Below, in pieces: positions 25,573-37,026 of a stretch of 64,000 bases of DNA. Source of the stretch: an uncultured Nitrososphaerales archaeon (lineage in GTDB: Archaea; Thermoproteota; Nitrososphaeria; Nitrososphaerales; Nitrososphaeraceae); NCBI GenBank assembly GCA_963841565.1, contig CAWJCY010000012.1, positions 128,001 through 192,000 on the forward strand, written 5' to 3'. Below the pieces are notes generated by a model. That model was given only the letters and a program-made list of their open reading frames with translations. It was not told where the DNA came from and searched no databases. The translations under genes and the position numbers were made by a program. The stretch's first letter is position 1; each line of letters opens with the position of its first letter.

Positions 25573-25989
25573 ATTAAGGAGATTACATACTCATGCCTAT
25601 ATATCTTCAATCAAATTAACAGATTGAAAGGTATGCATATTTAAGTCAAGCAATATTAATTATCTCAAATCTCCTTTAGAGGCGTTACAATTTTCGAACA
25701 CAAATATGAATTTTTGATTTTACTCTATTTTACGAAAGATAGATATAAACTGCTAAAGACTCGCGATGAAAAGCACCGAGGTGAGAACTGGGACACTATT
25801 CGAAACCTTCTTTGATACCTTTCATATCTTGATATCCGTTCGAATCCATACATATCGAAAGAATATCGAACTCGAGTTTTTCCTTGATAGGTCAGAACTC
25901 ATAGCAAAGTACACGAGTTAAACACGATCATGCAATAATCAACAAAAAATGACATCGCGTCTTTTGTAGAAAGTATCACGATTTAACAC

Positions 25990-26682
25990 ATGTATGTTCT
26001 AAAATCCTGTTTTCGACATATTATTGCACTTCTTGTACTTAGCACATTAATCTTCGCCCTTGTTCCCATAGTAGATACTGATAGTGACTTGACTTTCAAC
26101 GTTTTAGCACAAATAGGTGATGGAACTAATCCTAGACCCCCAAATATGGCAAACGATCCAGAGGAATTGCTAGAGTCCATGGGATCCCCAGGCAATTTGA
26201 TGGATTCCGTTCTTGATGAGGTAAGAAACACCAATACCTCTGAAACAACTGTCGATCATAGTGAGGCAGATTCATATTCGCAAGGGGAGAATATAATACT
26301 ATCACATCAAATAATACCGGCAAAGGATTTCATTCACCTTTATGACACCTATCCGTTTGCTATAGCAGAAGGATTTATTTCTGCTAAACTTCCTTGTGAG
26401 TCTAATAACAGTACCCATCTAAAAGTGATGATAGGTCAAATACCAAAATTACAGCCTGCCAACTTGAGTATAGAGACAGATCTATCCAGGCCTGGATACA
26501 TGTGTCTTTACGACTTTGAAATCCAACAAAATTCCACAAGTAATAGAAATACGTCGGCGATCACAGACATCGTACTATTTAATACTAGTGATGAAAGAAC
26601 TGTTCTGCCTAACACAAGCACATTTGTTATAGGAGTTACCAAACTGTATCCTCTCCAAAATGTAACTATCCCAGGGGCATAA
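25990..26682 (+). CDS. Secreted or membrane-anchored hypothetical protein
   Basis: N-terminal hydrophobic signal, low-complexity linker, beta-rich domain (IPAKDFIHLYDTYP...AKLPCE), many NxS/T sequons. Confidence 0.8.
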   Translation: MYVLKSCFRHIIALLVLSTLIFALVPIVDTDSDLTFNVLAQIGDGTNPRPPNMANDPEELLESMGSPGNLMDSVLDEVRNTNTSETTVDHSEADSYSQGENIILSHQIIPAKDFIHLYDTYPFAIAEGFISAKLPCESNNSTHLKVMIGQIPKLQPANLSIETDLSRPGYMCLYDFEIQQNSTSNRNTSAITDIVLFNTSDERTVLPNTSTFVIGVTKLYPLQNVTIPGA

Positions 26683-26769
26683 GGAAGAGCAATTTAAACC
26701 AGTTAAAGAGCTCGCGAGAACACAGGCCTATCTCAAACTTAATAAGAGTTCCTAATTATAGACTTTTAA

Positions 26770-27834
26770 ATGCGTCGTAAAGGATTGTCATACGCTGAGT
26801 CTGGTGTAAATATCAAGGAGATAGATCTTGTACACCAACTGATAGGTCGCCTTATACAACGAACTCACAGGAATACCAATATGGGACGAGTATTGTCCGG
26901 TTTTGGTCATTATGCCGGTTTGGTCGATATTGGATCATGTATATTGGCCCTTCATTGCGACGGCGTAGGCACAAAATTATTAATTGCCCAGGCGATGAAT
27001 GATTTCAACACAGTTGGTATAGATTGTGTAGCTATGAACGTAAATGACCTTATCTGCGTGGGAAGTACCCCTTTTGCATTCGTGGACTATATTGCTACGT
27101 CGAGACCAGATCCCGATGCACTCAGTACAATCGCCGACAGCCTCGTAAAGGGGGCAGAAGAAGCCGGGGTTGCAATTATAGGCGGTGAAACTGCAGTAGT
27201 ACCGGGATTGCTATCAAATGGTCATAATAAGAATTCTATCGAACTCTCTGGAACTGCAATGGGGTTTGTCAAAAAGAGATCGGAACTTGTTTTAGGAAAT
27301 AGGATTAAGAAAGGAGATATCATATTGGGAGTGGAAAGCAGTGGCCTACATTCCAATGGCTTCACTTTAGTGAGAAGAGCTTTATCAAAACATGATCTTC
27401 ATAAAAACGTAGGAAATTTAGAAAGATCATTGGGCAATGAACTGCTCACGCCAACGCGAATTTACGTTAGACCGATGATCGACTTGTTTAGTTCTGGAGT
27501 TGAGGTCCATGGCATAGCACACATAACAGGCGGTTCCTTTACGAAGCTACGTAGAATCAACAATAATGTTAACTATCGGTTAAACAGTATGCCAGATCCC
27601 CCTGAAATTTTCAAATTGGTACAGGTTAAAGGGAAGATTGGATTCGCTGAAATGTATAGGACTTTTAATATGGGAATCGGCTTGTGCGTAATCGCACCTC
27701 GCGCTTCCGCTGAAGCCATAGTCTCGAAGTTCGAAAAATATCGGATGATAACTTCCAAAGTCGGGTCAGTAGAGAAGCCAGGTACTGGAGAAGTTTCCTG
27801 TGAAGTTCGTAACAAAGATACCAGACTTCGATGA
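26770..27834 (+). CDS. purM: Phosphoribosylformylglycinamidine cyclo-ligase (AIR synthetase)
   Basis: YAESGVNI, DGVGTK, AMNVND, IGGETA, SSGLHSNGF, AHITGG, TFNMGIG. Confidence 0.97.
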   Translation: MRRKGLSYAESGVNIKEIDLVHQLIGRLIQRTHRNTNMGRVLSGFGHYAGLVDIGSCILALHCDGVGTKLLIAQAMNDFNTVGIDCVAMNVNDLICVGSTPFAFVDYIATSRPDPDALSTIADSLVKGAEEAGVAIIGGETAVVPGLLSNGHNKNSIELSGTAMGFVKKRSELVLGNRIKKGDIILGVESSGLHSNGFTLVRRALSKHDLHKNVGNLERSLGNELLTPTRIYVRPMIDLFSSGVEVHGIAHITGGSFTKLRRINNNVNYRLNSMPDPPEIFKLVQVKGKIGFAEMYRTFNMGIGLCVIAPRASAEAIVSKFEKYRMITSKVGSVEKPGTGEVSCEVRNKDTRLR

Positions 27835-27940
27835 AATTGAGAAAACTTCGACCTCTTACCTTCGCAGGCCAAAATTGAGCAAAATCTCAACTGGAACAAC
27901 AATTAATATTCCTATAGTCGAATAGTTTGTTGCACCAGAT

Positions 27941-29596
27941 ATGACCGGGTCGAATTTAGTCGAAATCTCAGGAACAGAAGATCCACTTCAATATGACCTT
28001 GCTTGCAAGGAAATCGCAAGAAGAATAAGCAAGGTGGACGAGTCCAGATTGCCCATTGCATCAAATATTTTGAGACAAGTTTCGTCGGAGTTCCATCTGA
28101 AGCACCTCCCTCGTCGCCACGATTTTATGAAGTATTTGCCAGAGAACTGTTCCTGGAGGAACTTGTTAAAGATAAGACCGGTAAAAACAGCCTCAGGTGT
28201 TACTGTCGTAACGGTAATGGCCACACCCTTCCCATGTCCTCAAGGGAGGTGTATTTATTGTCCAGGTGGGGTTGAGTTCAATACTCCTTTGAGTTATGTA
28301 GGGTCGGAACCTGCCACGAAAATAGCTCAAGCTCTTGAATACGATCCCTTTGAACAGATAACCACTAAGTTGAATACGCTTGAGATAAATGGTCATGATA
28401 CGGGCAAGATAGAACTAATCATAATAGGCGGGACTTTTCCTTTTATGACGGAAAAGTATCAGCATGATTTTGCAAAGGGTTGTTATGATGCACTCAATTG
28501 TGATATGAAGATAGGACCATCAGCCACCCTTCAAGAGGCCATGAGCGTCAACGAAAAATCAAATCACAAATGTGTCGGACTAACAATCGAGACAAAACCT
28601 GATTACTGCAAGCGAAGCCATATCGAAATGATGCTAAGTCTGGGGGTAACAAGAGTTGAAATCGGCGTTCAATCGCTTCGAAATGAAGTTTTCAGGCTAA
28701 CTAACCGAGGGCATAACTTAGATGACGTAATAGAATCATTCAAGATTGCAAGAAATGCTGGATTTAAAATAGTTGCACATATGATGCCAGGTCTACCCGG
28801 TTCATCTCCTAAAAAAGACCTAGAAGACTTAGAACAGCTTCTCTACGACCCTCGCTACAAACCGGACATGCTAAAAATATACCCTACGCTAGTATTAAAA
28901 AATACAGGATTACACAAGATGTATTGTAGTGGACGGTTTACTCCATGCACTGACGAAGAGATGGTAAAAATACTTGTTGAATTGAAAAAGAAAATTCCTC
29001 CTTGGATCCGGGTTATGAGGATACAAAGGGAGATAGAAACAAATGATATAATAGCTGGTCCAAAAGAAGGTAACCTTAGACAAATAGCCTTAGAAAGATT
29101 GTACTCAGAAGGGCATACATGTAAATGCATCAGATGCAGAGAGATAGGATTAAGATCGAAAGGCGGTTTTGATCAACAATCCTTTAGGTTAGTTAGATTG
29201 GATTATGAGGCAGCAGGAGGGCAAGAAATTTTCTTGTCTTACGAAACAGACGATGGATTAGCGTTATTGGGCTTTCTAAGATTGAGAAAAGTTACCGGAT
29301 CCATTGAATCTGAGCTTAATTCGTATGAGTGCCACGATAACCGCACTCAAGTTGTAGCTGTTGTAAGAGAGCTTCACGTCTATGGCCAGACGCTTAGTGT
29401 CGGAAGAAAAGCAAACAATCTGTCTTGGCAGCATAGAGGTCTAGGCCGATTGCTTATGGCCGAGGCAGAGCAAATAGCTAAATGCGAGTTTGGCGTGGAC
29501 GCCTTATCAGTGATTAGTGCTGTAGGAACAAGAAAATACTATGAAAAACTGGGTTATAGTCGAGATGGGTATTATGTTACCAAATCACTAAAGTGA
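27941..29596 (+). CDS. elp3: tRNA uridine(34) acetyltransferase Elp3 (radical SAM + GNAT)
   Basis: CPQGRCIYCPGG, TIETKPD, LKIYPTLV, CKCIRCRE, RELHVYG, QHRGLG. Confidence 0.96.
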   Translation: MTGSNLVEISGTEDPLQYDLACKEIARRISKVDESRLPIASNILRQVSSEFHLKHLPRRHDFMKYLPENCSWRNLLKIRPVKTASGVTVVTVMATPFPCPQGRCIYCPGGVEFNTPLSYVGSEPATKIAQALEYDPFEQITTKLNTLEINGHDTGKIELIIIGGTFPFMTEKYQHDFAKGCYDALNCDMKIGPSATLQEAMSVNEKSNHKCVGLTIETKPDYCKRSHIEMMLSLGVTRVEIGVQSLRNEVFRLTNRGHNLDDVIESFKIARNAGFKIVAHMMPGLPGSSPKKDLEDLEQLLYDPRYKPDMLKIYPTLVLKNTGLHKMYCSGRFTPCTDEEMVKILVELKKKIPPWIRVMRIQREIETNDIIAGPKEGNLRQIALERLYSEGHTCKCIRCREIGLRSKGGFDQQSFRLVRLDYEAAGGQEIFLSYETDDGLALLGFLRLRKVTGSIESELNSYECHDNRTQVVAVVRELHVYGQTLSVGRKANNLSWQHRGLGRLLMAEAEQIAKCEFGVDALSVISAVGTRKYYEKLGYSRDGYYVTKSLK

Positions 29597-31248
29597 ATTT
29601 TTTGAATTCAGACGCATTCATAGGGAAAGGTACCTGGCTTGACAAGGTTGCATACGAGTTAATTGAGAGAGAAAAAAGGTTAAACAGGACCCTTTCTAGA
29701 ATTAGAGTAGAGAGTGGCCTCGGAGCATCAGGAATTCCCCATTTGGGAAGTTTAGGGGATGCCGTAAGGGCGTACGGCATCGCGGTTGCATTGAAAAATA
29801 TGGGTTACGACGCGCAGCTCCTGGCTTATTCGGATGATATGGATGGGCTTCGTAAAGTCCCTTCGGGTTTGTCGAAGGATTTGACCTCATACATAGCTAA
29901 GCCAGTTTCAAGCATCCCTGATCCGTTTGGATCTTGTCACTCATCATATGGTGCGCATATGACTGGGCTCTTGCTTGACTCCTTGGATCGGCTTGGTATA
30001 AAGTATACCCATATTAGCGGCAAGTCGACTTACAAACGCGGGCTCCTCGTGAATCAGATCGACTTGATTCTCAAGAATCATGAAAGGATCGGAAAAAGTA
30101 TCTCCCAAATTGTTGGACAAGAGAAGTACGTGCGATCCCTTCCTTACTTTCCTATCTGTGATAAATGTGGTAGAGTATATGTCGCATCTCCGAAAGAGTA
30201 TTTCTCTGACAAACATTTGATAGAATACAAATGTGAGGGGACTAGAATAGGAGATGTACACATAGAAGGATGCGGTTACCATGGTGAAACACGCCTGGAA
30301 GACGGAAAAGGAAAGCTACCTTGGAAAGTGGAATTCGCCGCTCGATGGCAGGCCTTTGACATCAGGTTTGAGGCATATGGGAAGGATATTTTGGATTCGG
30401 TGAGAATAAATGATTGGATATCAGATGAGATTTTACAGTTTGCGCACCCCACGCATATTAAGTATGAAATGTTCCTAGATAAACAGGGAAAAAAAATTAG
30501 CAAATCGTCGGGAAACGTTTTGACACCTCAAACATGGTTAAGATACGGTACTCCAGAATCGCTTCTTCTATTATTGTACAAACGCATTTCCGGTACTCGA
30601 CATGTAGGCATAGATGATGTTCCAAATTTGATGGACGAATACGATTTCCTAGAAGATGTTTTCTTTGGTGACGTAAACGAAGAGAATATTGCTAAGCGTA
30701 CAAAATTAAGAGGGATTTATGAATACATTCACCAACTGAAGCCTCCGTCCATCCCTTCCATGCACGTTCCTTATAGAATATTAGCACAACAGGCACTTTT
30801 GTTCAGAGAAGATGAAAAATTGGTGAACAAAGTATATGATCGATTGGTAAAGTACCGGTTGGTAAAGAATAAGAGCGAGTCGCTGATTATGAAGATACAA
30901 CTGGCATCGAACTGGGCAAATGACTATCTTTTAACAACGCTTGTGAGTGCAAACGTAAATGTTTCTAGGACAGAACAGGAGGCACTGCTTGAACTGATAC
31001 ACTATCTAAAGAATTTGAAAGTTATAGATGAAAAGGGCGAACTTGCCATTGCTATTCAATCAGAGATATTCTCGATCGCGCAAAAGAAGGGGCTCCAACC
31101 AAAAGGATTTTTCAAAGTGCTCTATAAAATATTAATTAATGCAGAGAAAGGGCCACGGCTGGGAAATTACATAGCAGACATGGGGATAAAGTGGGCCTAT
31201 GAACAGCTTGATAACTTTCTCACTAGATCACCGCAAGAAACCAAATGA
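29593..31248 (+). CDS. lysS: Lysine--tRNA ligase, class I
   Basis: GASGIPHLG (HIGH-like), SDDMDGLRKVP, KLPWKVEFAARW, KISKSSG, GPRLG. Confidence 0.96.
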   Translation: MNFLNSDAFIGKGTWLDKVAYELIEREKRLNRTLSRIRVESGLGASGIPHLGSLGDAVRAYGIAVALKNMGYDAQLLAYSDDMDGLRKVPSGLSKDLTSYIAKPVSSIPDPFGSCHSSYGAHMTGLLLDSLDRLGIKYTHISGKSTYKRGLLVNQIDLILKNHERIGKSISQIVGQEKYVRSLPYFPICDKCGRVYVASPKEYFSDKHLIEYKCEGTRIGDVHIEGCGYHGETRLEDGKGKLPWKVEFAARWQAFDIRFEAYGKDILDSVRINDWISDEILQFAHPTHIKYEMFLDKQGKKISKSSGNVLTPQTWLRYGTPESLLLLLYKRISGTRHVGIDDVPNLMDEYDFLEDVFFGDVNEENIAKRTKLRGIYEYIHQLKPPSIPSMHVPYRILAQQALLFREDEKLVNKVYDRLVKYRLVKNKSESLIMKIQLASNWANDYLLTTLVSANVNVSRTEQEALLELIHYLKNLKVIDEKGELAIAIQSEIFSIAQKKGLQPKGFFKVLYKILINAEKGPRLGNYIADMGIKWAYEQLDNFLTRSPQETK

Positions 31249-31844
31249 GGCAAGAACAGCAGCATTTGAAAAATTATAAAACACGGCAAGAAGGATCCGA
31301 TATGCAGATGTCTCAATGTACCCACTGATTGAACTACTCGAAGTATAGGATACCATATTCTGATCCTTGCCAAGCACCTGTTTCTAAATTACCTCCATTA
31401 GATTGGAACATCCAAATCTAAAGCGATCGCCTGTTATGTATAATAAAACCTTTGAATTTCCTGTTTACTTAGGCCAGTCAAGATTTTAACCCAATTTCAG
31501 TCTCTCACAGAGCCCGGCAATTTCAAATTTTATTTATGTTTTAGTTATTTGGACGGAGGCTATATTAGCTTCTGTACTGACAAAAATATTGTCGTTGCTA
31601 TTCTGAACGTGCATAGAAGGGTTTTTCCAAAAAAATTCGTCCAGCAGATAAAATTGTTATGATTGGCATATAAACGACTTTTGAAATACCAAAAATCTTT
31701 AGATTTTGGAATTTTACTTAATATAGAACTAGAAAGTCAGTACACTTGCGGCAAACTTTGTTGCCAATTCCGAATGACGTTAACCGCCCAGGGAACAAAT
31801 AATTTGGCCCTCCTTGGTTTAGAATAATTATTTATCAAGGGCCT

Positions 31845-32951
31845 CTACAAGATACCTGACTCACGTAGTTTTTGAGGAAGATATGTTTCAGCCAAATATC
31901 TGAAACCATGCTTAAAGAAAGCATCAAGTTCACATTTTTCCTTATTCTTGAGAAAGAGATTCAATTCTTTTTGCCATTTCTTGTCCTTTAGCCATTGTTT
32001 CTTTTTCATGTCATTGGCCCTGTTTAGATCCTCGTCAGATGCCGTAAGTCGAGCAACTTCGGGAATGTTATAATCATATATATCAGAAAACATCATACCC
32101 AGTACCTTCGCATCTGGCGTGACTAGTCTATCACTATCGTAGCTCAGGGACTCACTACCAATTTTGTACCTCAATGCGATCCCCAATCCCCAAGGGTCTG
32201 CGTCTGCAAATACCACAACTGGTTTTTTCCATACTTCATTTAAGGTCTTCACCATCATCCTTGTTGCCCTATCAGGCTCCCCGGACCCTGTCATCAAAAT
32301 GGCATTATATTTTTGAATGAATCCAGATTTTCTAATATTATTCAAAACAGTGTCCTTCTCAACTACCATCACAAAGTCAGCTTTGACGTCAACTATTTCT
32401 ACATCCATGATATTTGTAGGAATCAATTGTGATGTTGCACGACTTCCGAGATTACAATCTATTATATCCCCTCCAACACGTAGTAAGATGGGACCTGAAA
32501 TCATTCCCTTAGGCTTTGATGTAACAGAAAACTCTTCACGTGGAACTCCAGTTAATAATTCAACAGCCTTGATAGCATCGTCTGATGCATCTTGGCTTGT
32601 CCAGAATTTTTGCTTGTTCTTTTCATCTCCTACTGTGCTAAGGGTTGCGTAGTACATTCCTCTAATAGTACTCTCCATTTGCTCATCCAACAATTTCCTA
32701 ACAGCATTGGACATTACAATATACTGTGAAAAGGTTGGAATTTTTTTAGTCGTATCAGGACTTATGTGGACTGTCTTCGCTCCTACCGTAAGCATTCTTT
32801 TCTCTTCTGACCAAACCGTGTTATCATAACCAATCTTTGTTATGTCGAGAGAAGGCATTTTTTTTTCTGAAAGGACAACATCACAAATATCCTTCATAAT
32901 TAGCCTTATCTTTTTTATCGTCTCTTTATGGCGTCTGTCCATAGCCGCCAT
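31845..32951 (-). CDS. top6A: DNA topoisomerase VI subunit A (divergent)
   Basis: TIRGMYY (catalytic Tyr), SQDASDDAI, TOPRIM VVEKD and DADPWG, KCELDAF. Confidence 0.9.
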   Translation of the reverse strand: MAAMDRRHKETIKKIRLIMKDICDVVLSEKKMPSLDITKIGYDNTVWSEEKRMLTVGAKTVHISPDTTKKIPTFSQYIVMSNAVRKLLDEQMESTIRGMYYATLSTVGDEKNKQKFWTSQDASDDAIKAVELLTGVPREEFSVTSKPKGMISGPILLRVGGDIIDCNLGSRATSQLIPTNIMDVEIVDVKADFVMVVEKDTVLNNIRKSGFIQKYNAILMTGSGEPDRATRMMVKTLNEVWKKPVVVFADADPWGLGIALRYKIGSESLSYDSDRLVTPDAKVLGMMFSDIYDYNIPEVARLTASDEDLNRANDMKKKQWLKDKKWQKELNLFLKNKEKCELDAFFKHGFRYLAETYLPQKLRESGIL

Positions 32952-32953
32952 GA

Positions 32954-34882
32954 CTAACCCAATTCCTCTGAAGATGTCATGAAATTCTCGATTTTCTCCT
33001 GCGTACTGTCCACACGCTTCATTTTCAAAGATTTACTTGACTTAGTGACCAAATATGCTTTTTTAGATCTCGAACTCTTATGCTGTCCTCGAACATTATG
33101 ATGCTGTTCTGGTACTGCATGATTCTCAGCGTTTGCCTTAAGTGATCGCGGGTGAGAGACTTCCTTCTTGACATGTCTATCAACCAAAGTCAAAAAGCTG
33201 CTCGTCAGATCTTCAGCGCTAACATCAATAGATTCAGAAATTGCATCTACGATCAAAGGTATATAATACTTGTAAAGTTTTAGTCTATTCTCTGCATCCT
33301 TCAAATGCATTTCATGCCGTATCTGCTTACTCACTTTCCTGTAAAGGTCACTAAGACAGGCTTTCATGTATTTTTTCAATTCACCTTCTGATGCAATGCT
33401 CTCCTTTCCTGCAGTCTTGTAAGGTATTTTTGTAGAACATATATGGAAAAAAATATGAATAGGAAGAAGATCTATCGCACGGTCCGATCGAGAATCGAGA
33501 CCGCTGAATTGCTCTTTAACTTGTTTCTTAGATACACCCATTTTGTTTAGTTCTACTTCCGAAATTACTTCCCTAGCTACGTCAGATCCTTCATCATAAA
33601 GCAATGGTATCTTGTTCGCAAATCTGTAGAGCTTGAAGTAAGAAAGATTACCACCGTATGCAAGTCCGCATTCTACTATCGTTGGTCTATTGTTAATAAT
33701 GCATGCACGTGATGAATATCCCGTTAGTGTGGGTTTCATCTCTCTTGTTGATATTTTTGGCTGTAAGTTGTCATGTGAAATCGCGTTTTCTTTCCTAGTA
33801 AAGATAGCTCTCTCTGTATTCATTCCTACTGTAAAGATTCGTTCTCCAATTGGGCTCAAATGGTCTACATTAGGGGATTGAAATTTAGTTTGCCTGCAAA
33901 TATTTACAATCTTGATCAGCTCATGCTCACTGTATTTATCAGCCTGTTTTGCTTCAATACCTGCATTTCTGATAATTTCTTTGGCCTTATCAAATGATAG
34001 CTTTTGAAAAGAATTGCATAATATACCTTGTATCGTCGTCTTCTGAAGAGCATGATTCCCAATTGCCTTCTTGAGTGTCTTTAAATCCATGTCTGCTGGG
34101 TGTGGAAGGACCTCCTTGGCGGGTTCAGGCATAATATTGGTTCTCCTATCAAATGTAATCTTTCCATCGTCCGTTGAAAAAGATATCACAGCATAGGGAT
34201 TTACAATGCTGGTCTGACTTATATAATCATATATTTTATTCTTGGTAACCGGGGAAAGCCGTCCTCTTAAAACTGCTTCTATCCGAAAGCCAGATTTTCC
34301 TTTAATAATAGATTCCTTAGGCTTAGTATCACGCCTTGTCAATACTATTGGTTTATTGGTACCTATATCAGTGCGTAACTCAAAATAATATTCGCTGGTC
34401 TCTTCAACTGATTTTGACCATACTTTAAGAGGATGATCCGTATCTTTTGTAGAAAACGCTGCTATCATTTTAAGGCCCACGCCGAATAAACCTCGCTGCT
34501 GTAGTTCGACATACTTACCTGAGGTTAGAAATGAACAGACAGCTATCGAGACTTTATCCGAACGGATCCCAATCCCATTATCTTCACATGAAATCGACCA
34601 CAAATCATTTAGAGGATCTACTAATTTGAGCGATACTGCTATTTTTGGCAAGATCCTTTCTGCCTCACATGAATCGAGGGAATTCTCGATGAGCTCGCGT
34701 ATAGCCATATACAAAATTCGCTCTCCAGTAAATCCTGCTAAGGCAGAATTATCTACGAAGAACTCAGATTCAGCCTTTCTACTAAAGTTGATCTTGGCTT
34801 TGCTTTTTGTTTGAACAACCGATGAAGTTCCCAACTGCACTGTCCTAGACGAATCCATTTCAGTAATGTTCTTAGATTTCAA
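32954..34882 (-). CDS. top6B: DNA topoisomerase VI subunit B
   Basis: GHKL motifs ELIENSLDS, EDNGIG, QQRGLFGVG; transducer RFANKIPLL, PYKTAGKESIA. Confidence 0.93.
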   Translation of the reverse strand: MKSKNITEMDSSRTVQLGTSSVVQTKSKAKINFSRKAESEFFVDNSALAGFTGERILYMAIRELIENSLDSCEAERILPKIAVSLKLVDPLNDLWSISCEDNGIGIRSDKVSIAVCSFLTSGKYVELQQRGLFGVGLKMIAAFSTKDTDHPLKVWSKSVEETSEYYFELRTDIGTNKPIVLTRRDTKPKESIIKGKSGFRIEAVLRGRLSPVTKNKIYDYISQTSIVNPYAVISFSTDDGKITFDRRTNIMPEPAKEVLPHPADMDLKTLKKAIGNHALQKTTIQGILCNSFQKLSFDKAKEIIRNAGIEAKQADKYSEHELIKIVNICRQTKFQSPNVDHLSPIGERIFTVGMNTERAIFTRKENAISHDNLQPKISTREMKPTLTGYSSRACIINNRPTIVECGLAYGGNLSYFKLYRFANKIPLLYDEGSDVAREVISEVELNKMGVSKKQVKEQFSGLDSRSDRAIDLLPIHIFFHICSTKIPYKTAGKESIASEGELKKYMKACLSDLYRKVSKQIRHEMHLKDAENRLKLYKYYIPLIVDAISESIDVSAEDLTSSFLTLVDRHVKKEVSHPRSLKANAENHAVPEQHHNVRGQHKSSRSKKAYLVTKSSKSLKMKRVDSTQEKIENFMTSSEELG

Positions 34883-35517
34883 ACATTTTCAGTAGTTAGC
34901 GAACTAGATTTAACCTTTTACCGAGATTCGATTTATCCTATAACAAGTTTAGCACGTCGTCTTCGTTTTCAACGTGAGATTCGATGAGATCGGGTTGCAC
35001 GCCATTATTGTCTAACTGCCGAAGAATTTGAATAGGAAGAGCGAAGTATGGACTAAGTTCTGAGCATTCAAGTTATCCAAGATGGGCGTACGAGAGTTAA
35101 TAGTCTGACGTTGCCCTGTGCAAAATATACATTTGATCGATCGGCCCAATTGCCAAATGAAGGATGGAACTTGATGGTTAGTTTACAACCAATGACACTA
35201 GATTTGAGCCTAAGATATCTACAAAGGTAACAGAAAAGGATGCATCGACTGGTCTATCTGATTGATATTTAGGTTGCTCGTTTCGAAAATATTAAGAAAA
35301 AACCCAAAATCTAATGAGTCTCTTCCAAAAAATTTGAGTACCATTTAACATAACCTAGGGAATAGCCGAAATCATTAGAATCAGGCAGGCGTCTTGCAAG
35401 GCTTCATGGTTCTTTAGATCATTTCTGACAGTGTTCTAAAAGCTGTTGATACATACAACATTTCGATTACGATGACTATGACAGGAGCTGGAAGATCAAT
35501 AAACCAAATGAGATGAG

Positions 35518-35590
35518 AGCCCTAGATGGGATTTGAACCCATGGCCTAGGGTTTACGAAACCCTCGCTCTGCCAGCTGAGCTACTAGGGC
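35518..35590 (-). tRNA. tRNA-Thr(CGU), intronless, CCA not encoded
   Basis: GCCCTAG/CTAGGGC acceptor stem, AGGGT-TTCGTAA-ACCCT anticodon arm, ATGGG-TTCAAAT-CCCAT T arm; 73 nt. Confidence 0.95.
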
Positions 35591-35697
35591 TCAAGATTTC
35601 TGTTGGGGACATTTTTATTTAATTCTTCACCTCTATAAACTGTGACTAACCGATATCCAGAACACGAATAAATAGTTGAGTAGATAAAGCACTTACA

Positions 35698-37026
35698 ATG
35701 AAAGTATCCATTTCAGGAATCAGAGGTGAGTATGGAAATGATTTGCTATCAACCGATGTGGGTAAGTTCACCAGATCTTTTCGGCGACGTTAATAAAAAG
35801 CAGTAATTCCTGTATTGTCTCGAGGGATACTCGACCATCGGGTCAAATCTTAGCTTACGCAACCTTAACCTCGCTATTGGAACAAGGAGTCCAAGTATTT
35901 TACCTTGATATTGCCCCTACTCCTATCACATTTAGGGAAGCAAGAAAACATAAAGGTGGAATAATAATAACTGCTTCACATAATCCCTTGAATTGGAACG
36001 GGCTAAAATTCATCTTGAATGGGAGAGGAATATCTGAGCAAGATTTAGAAAGTATACTTGCATATAAAGAGCTTCGTCCAAGTACACCAGGATCAGTATT
36101 TCGAACTACTTCCTCATATGTGGATGATGTATTGAACTTTATGCAGGACAGAAATCATTCTTATAAAAAAAGGATAGGACTAGATCCCGGTGGTGGAGCC
36201 GCTTGTAGGCACGTAAACATGTTATTTCATGAATTAGGCAACGATTATTTAGCTATTAATGATGCTTACGGTATATCCTCAAGGGGTACCGATCCAACGG
36301 TTGAAAACCTGCACGAGTTAGGTTCATTAGTAACGAATAATAAATTATCACTTGGGTTTGCATTTGACCTAGATGGAGACAGGGTAGTCGTAGTAGATAG
36401 ATACGGTAGAAAAATGGAGCCAGATGCAACTCTGTTACTGTGTGTTGGTGCAGCAATTGACCAAGGTGCCCGGAAATTTGTTGTGAGTTTGGACACAAGT
36501 CTTGCTCTAGAGAAATTTATCAGGTATTCAGGGGGGCAGATCGTTTACTCTAAAGTAGGAGAAGCGAATGTTGTTAGCAAAATGATAGAGACAGGTGCTG
36601 ATGCAGGAGGTGAAGGAAGGCAGCGCTGGCTACATTTCTCCCAACTTCAACATGTGTAGAGATGGATTACTAGCAAGTGCTTTGATCTCAGGCTTAGAAG
36701 AAGAAAAACAAGAGAAATACCTTCATTTCATTAGAACTTACAAACAGCAAAGATCTAAGATCTATGTTCCTAATTCAGCGAAATTCAAAATTATCAACGA
36801 GTTGGTTGAGCCCCTACGAAAAATCGCTACTGAAACCATCCTTGACGATGGTATAAAGGCACTGTTAGATGAAAATTCATGGATTCTAGTAAGACCATCA
36901 AATACAGAGGATATCTTGAGGATTTCAGTCGAGTCGACCGTAAACAAAACTCACGATTTGTTCGAGTTTATAAAAGCAAAGGTAATCGCCATTAATGAGA
37001 GAATCAAGGGAACAGCAGATAATTAA
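35698..37026 (+). CDS. Phosphomannomutase/phosphoglucosamine mutase; frameshifts near 35782 and 36620
   Basis: MKVSISGIRG, RDTRPSG, ITASHNP, FDLDGDR, GGEGSS, WILVRPSNTE. Confidence 0.9.

Noticed and set aside
31249-35590. Integrated element at tRNA-Thr carrying Topo VI
   Set aside because: No integrase and no duplicated tRNA 3' end found by eye
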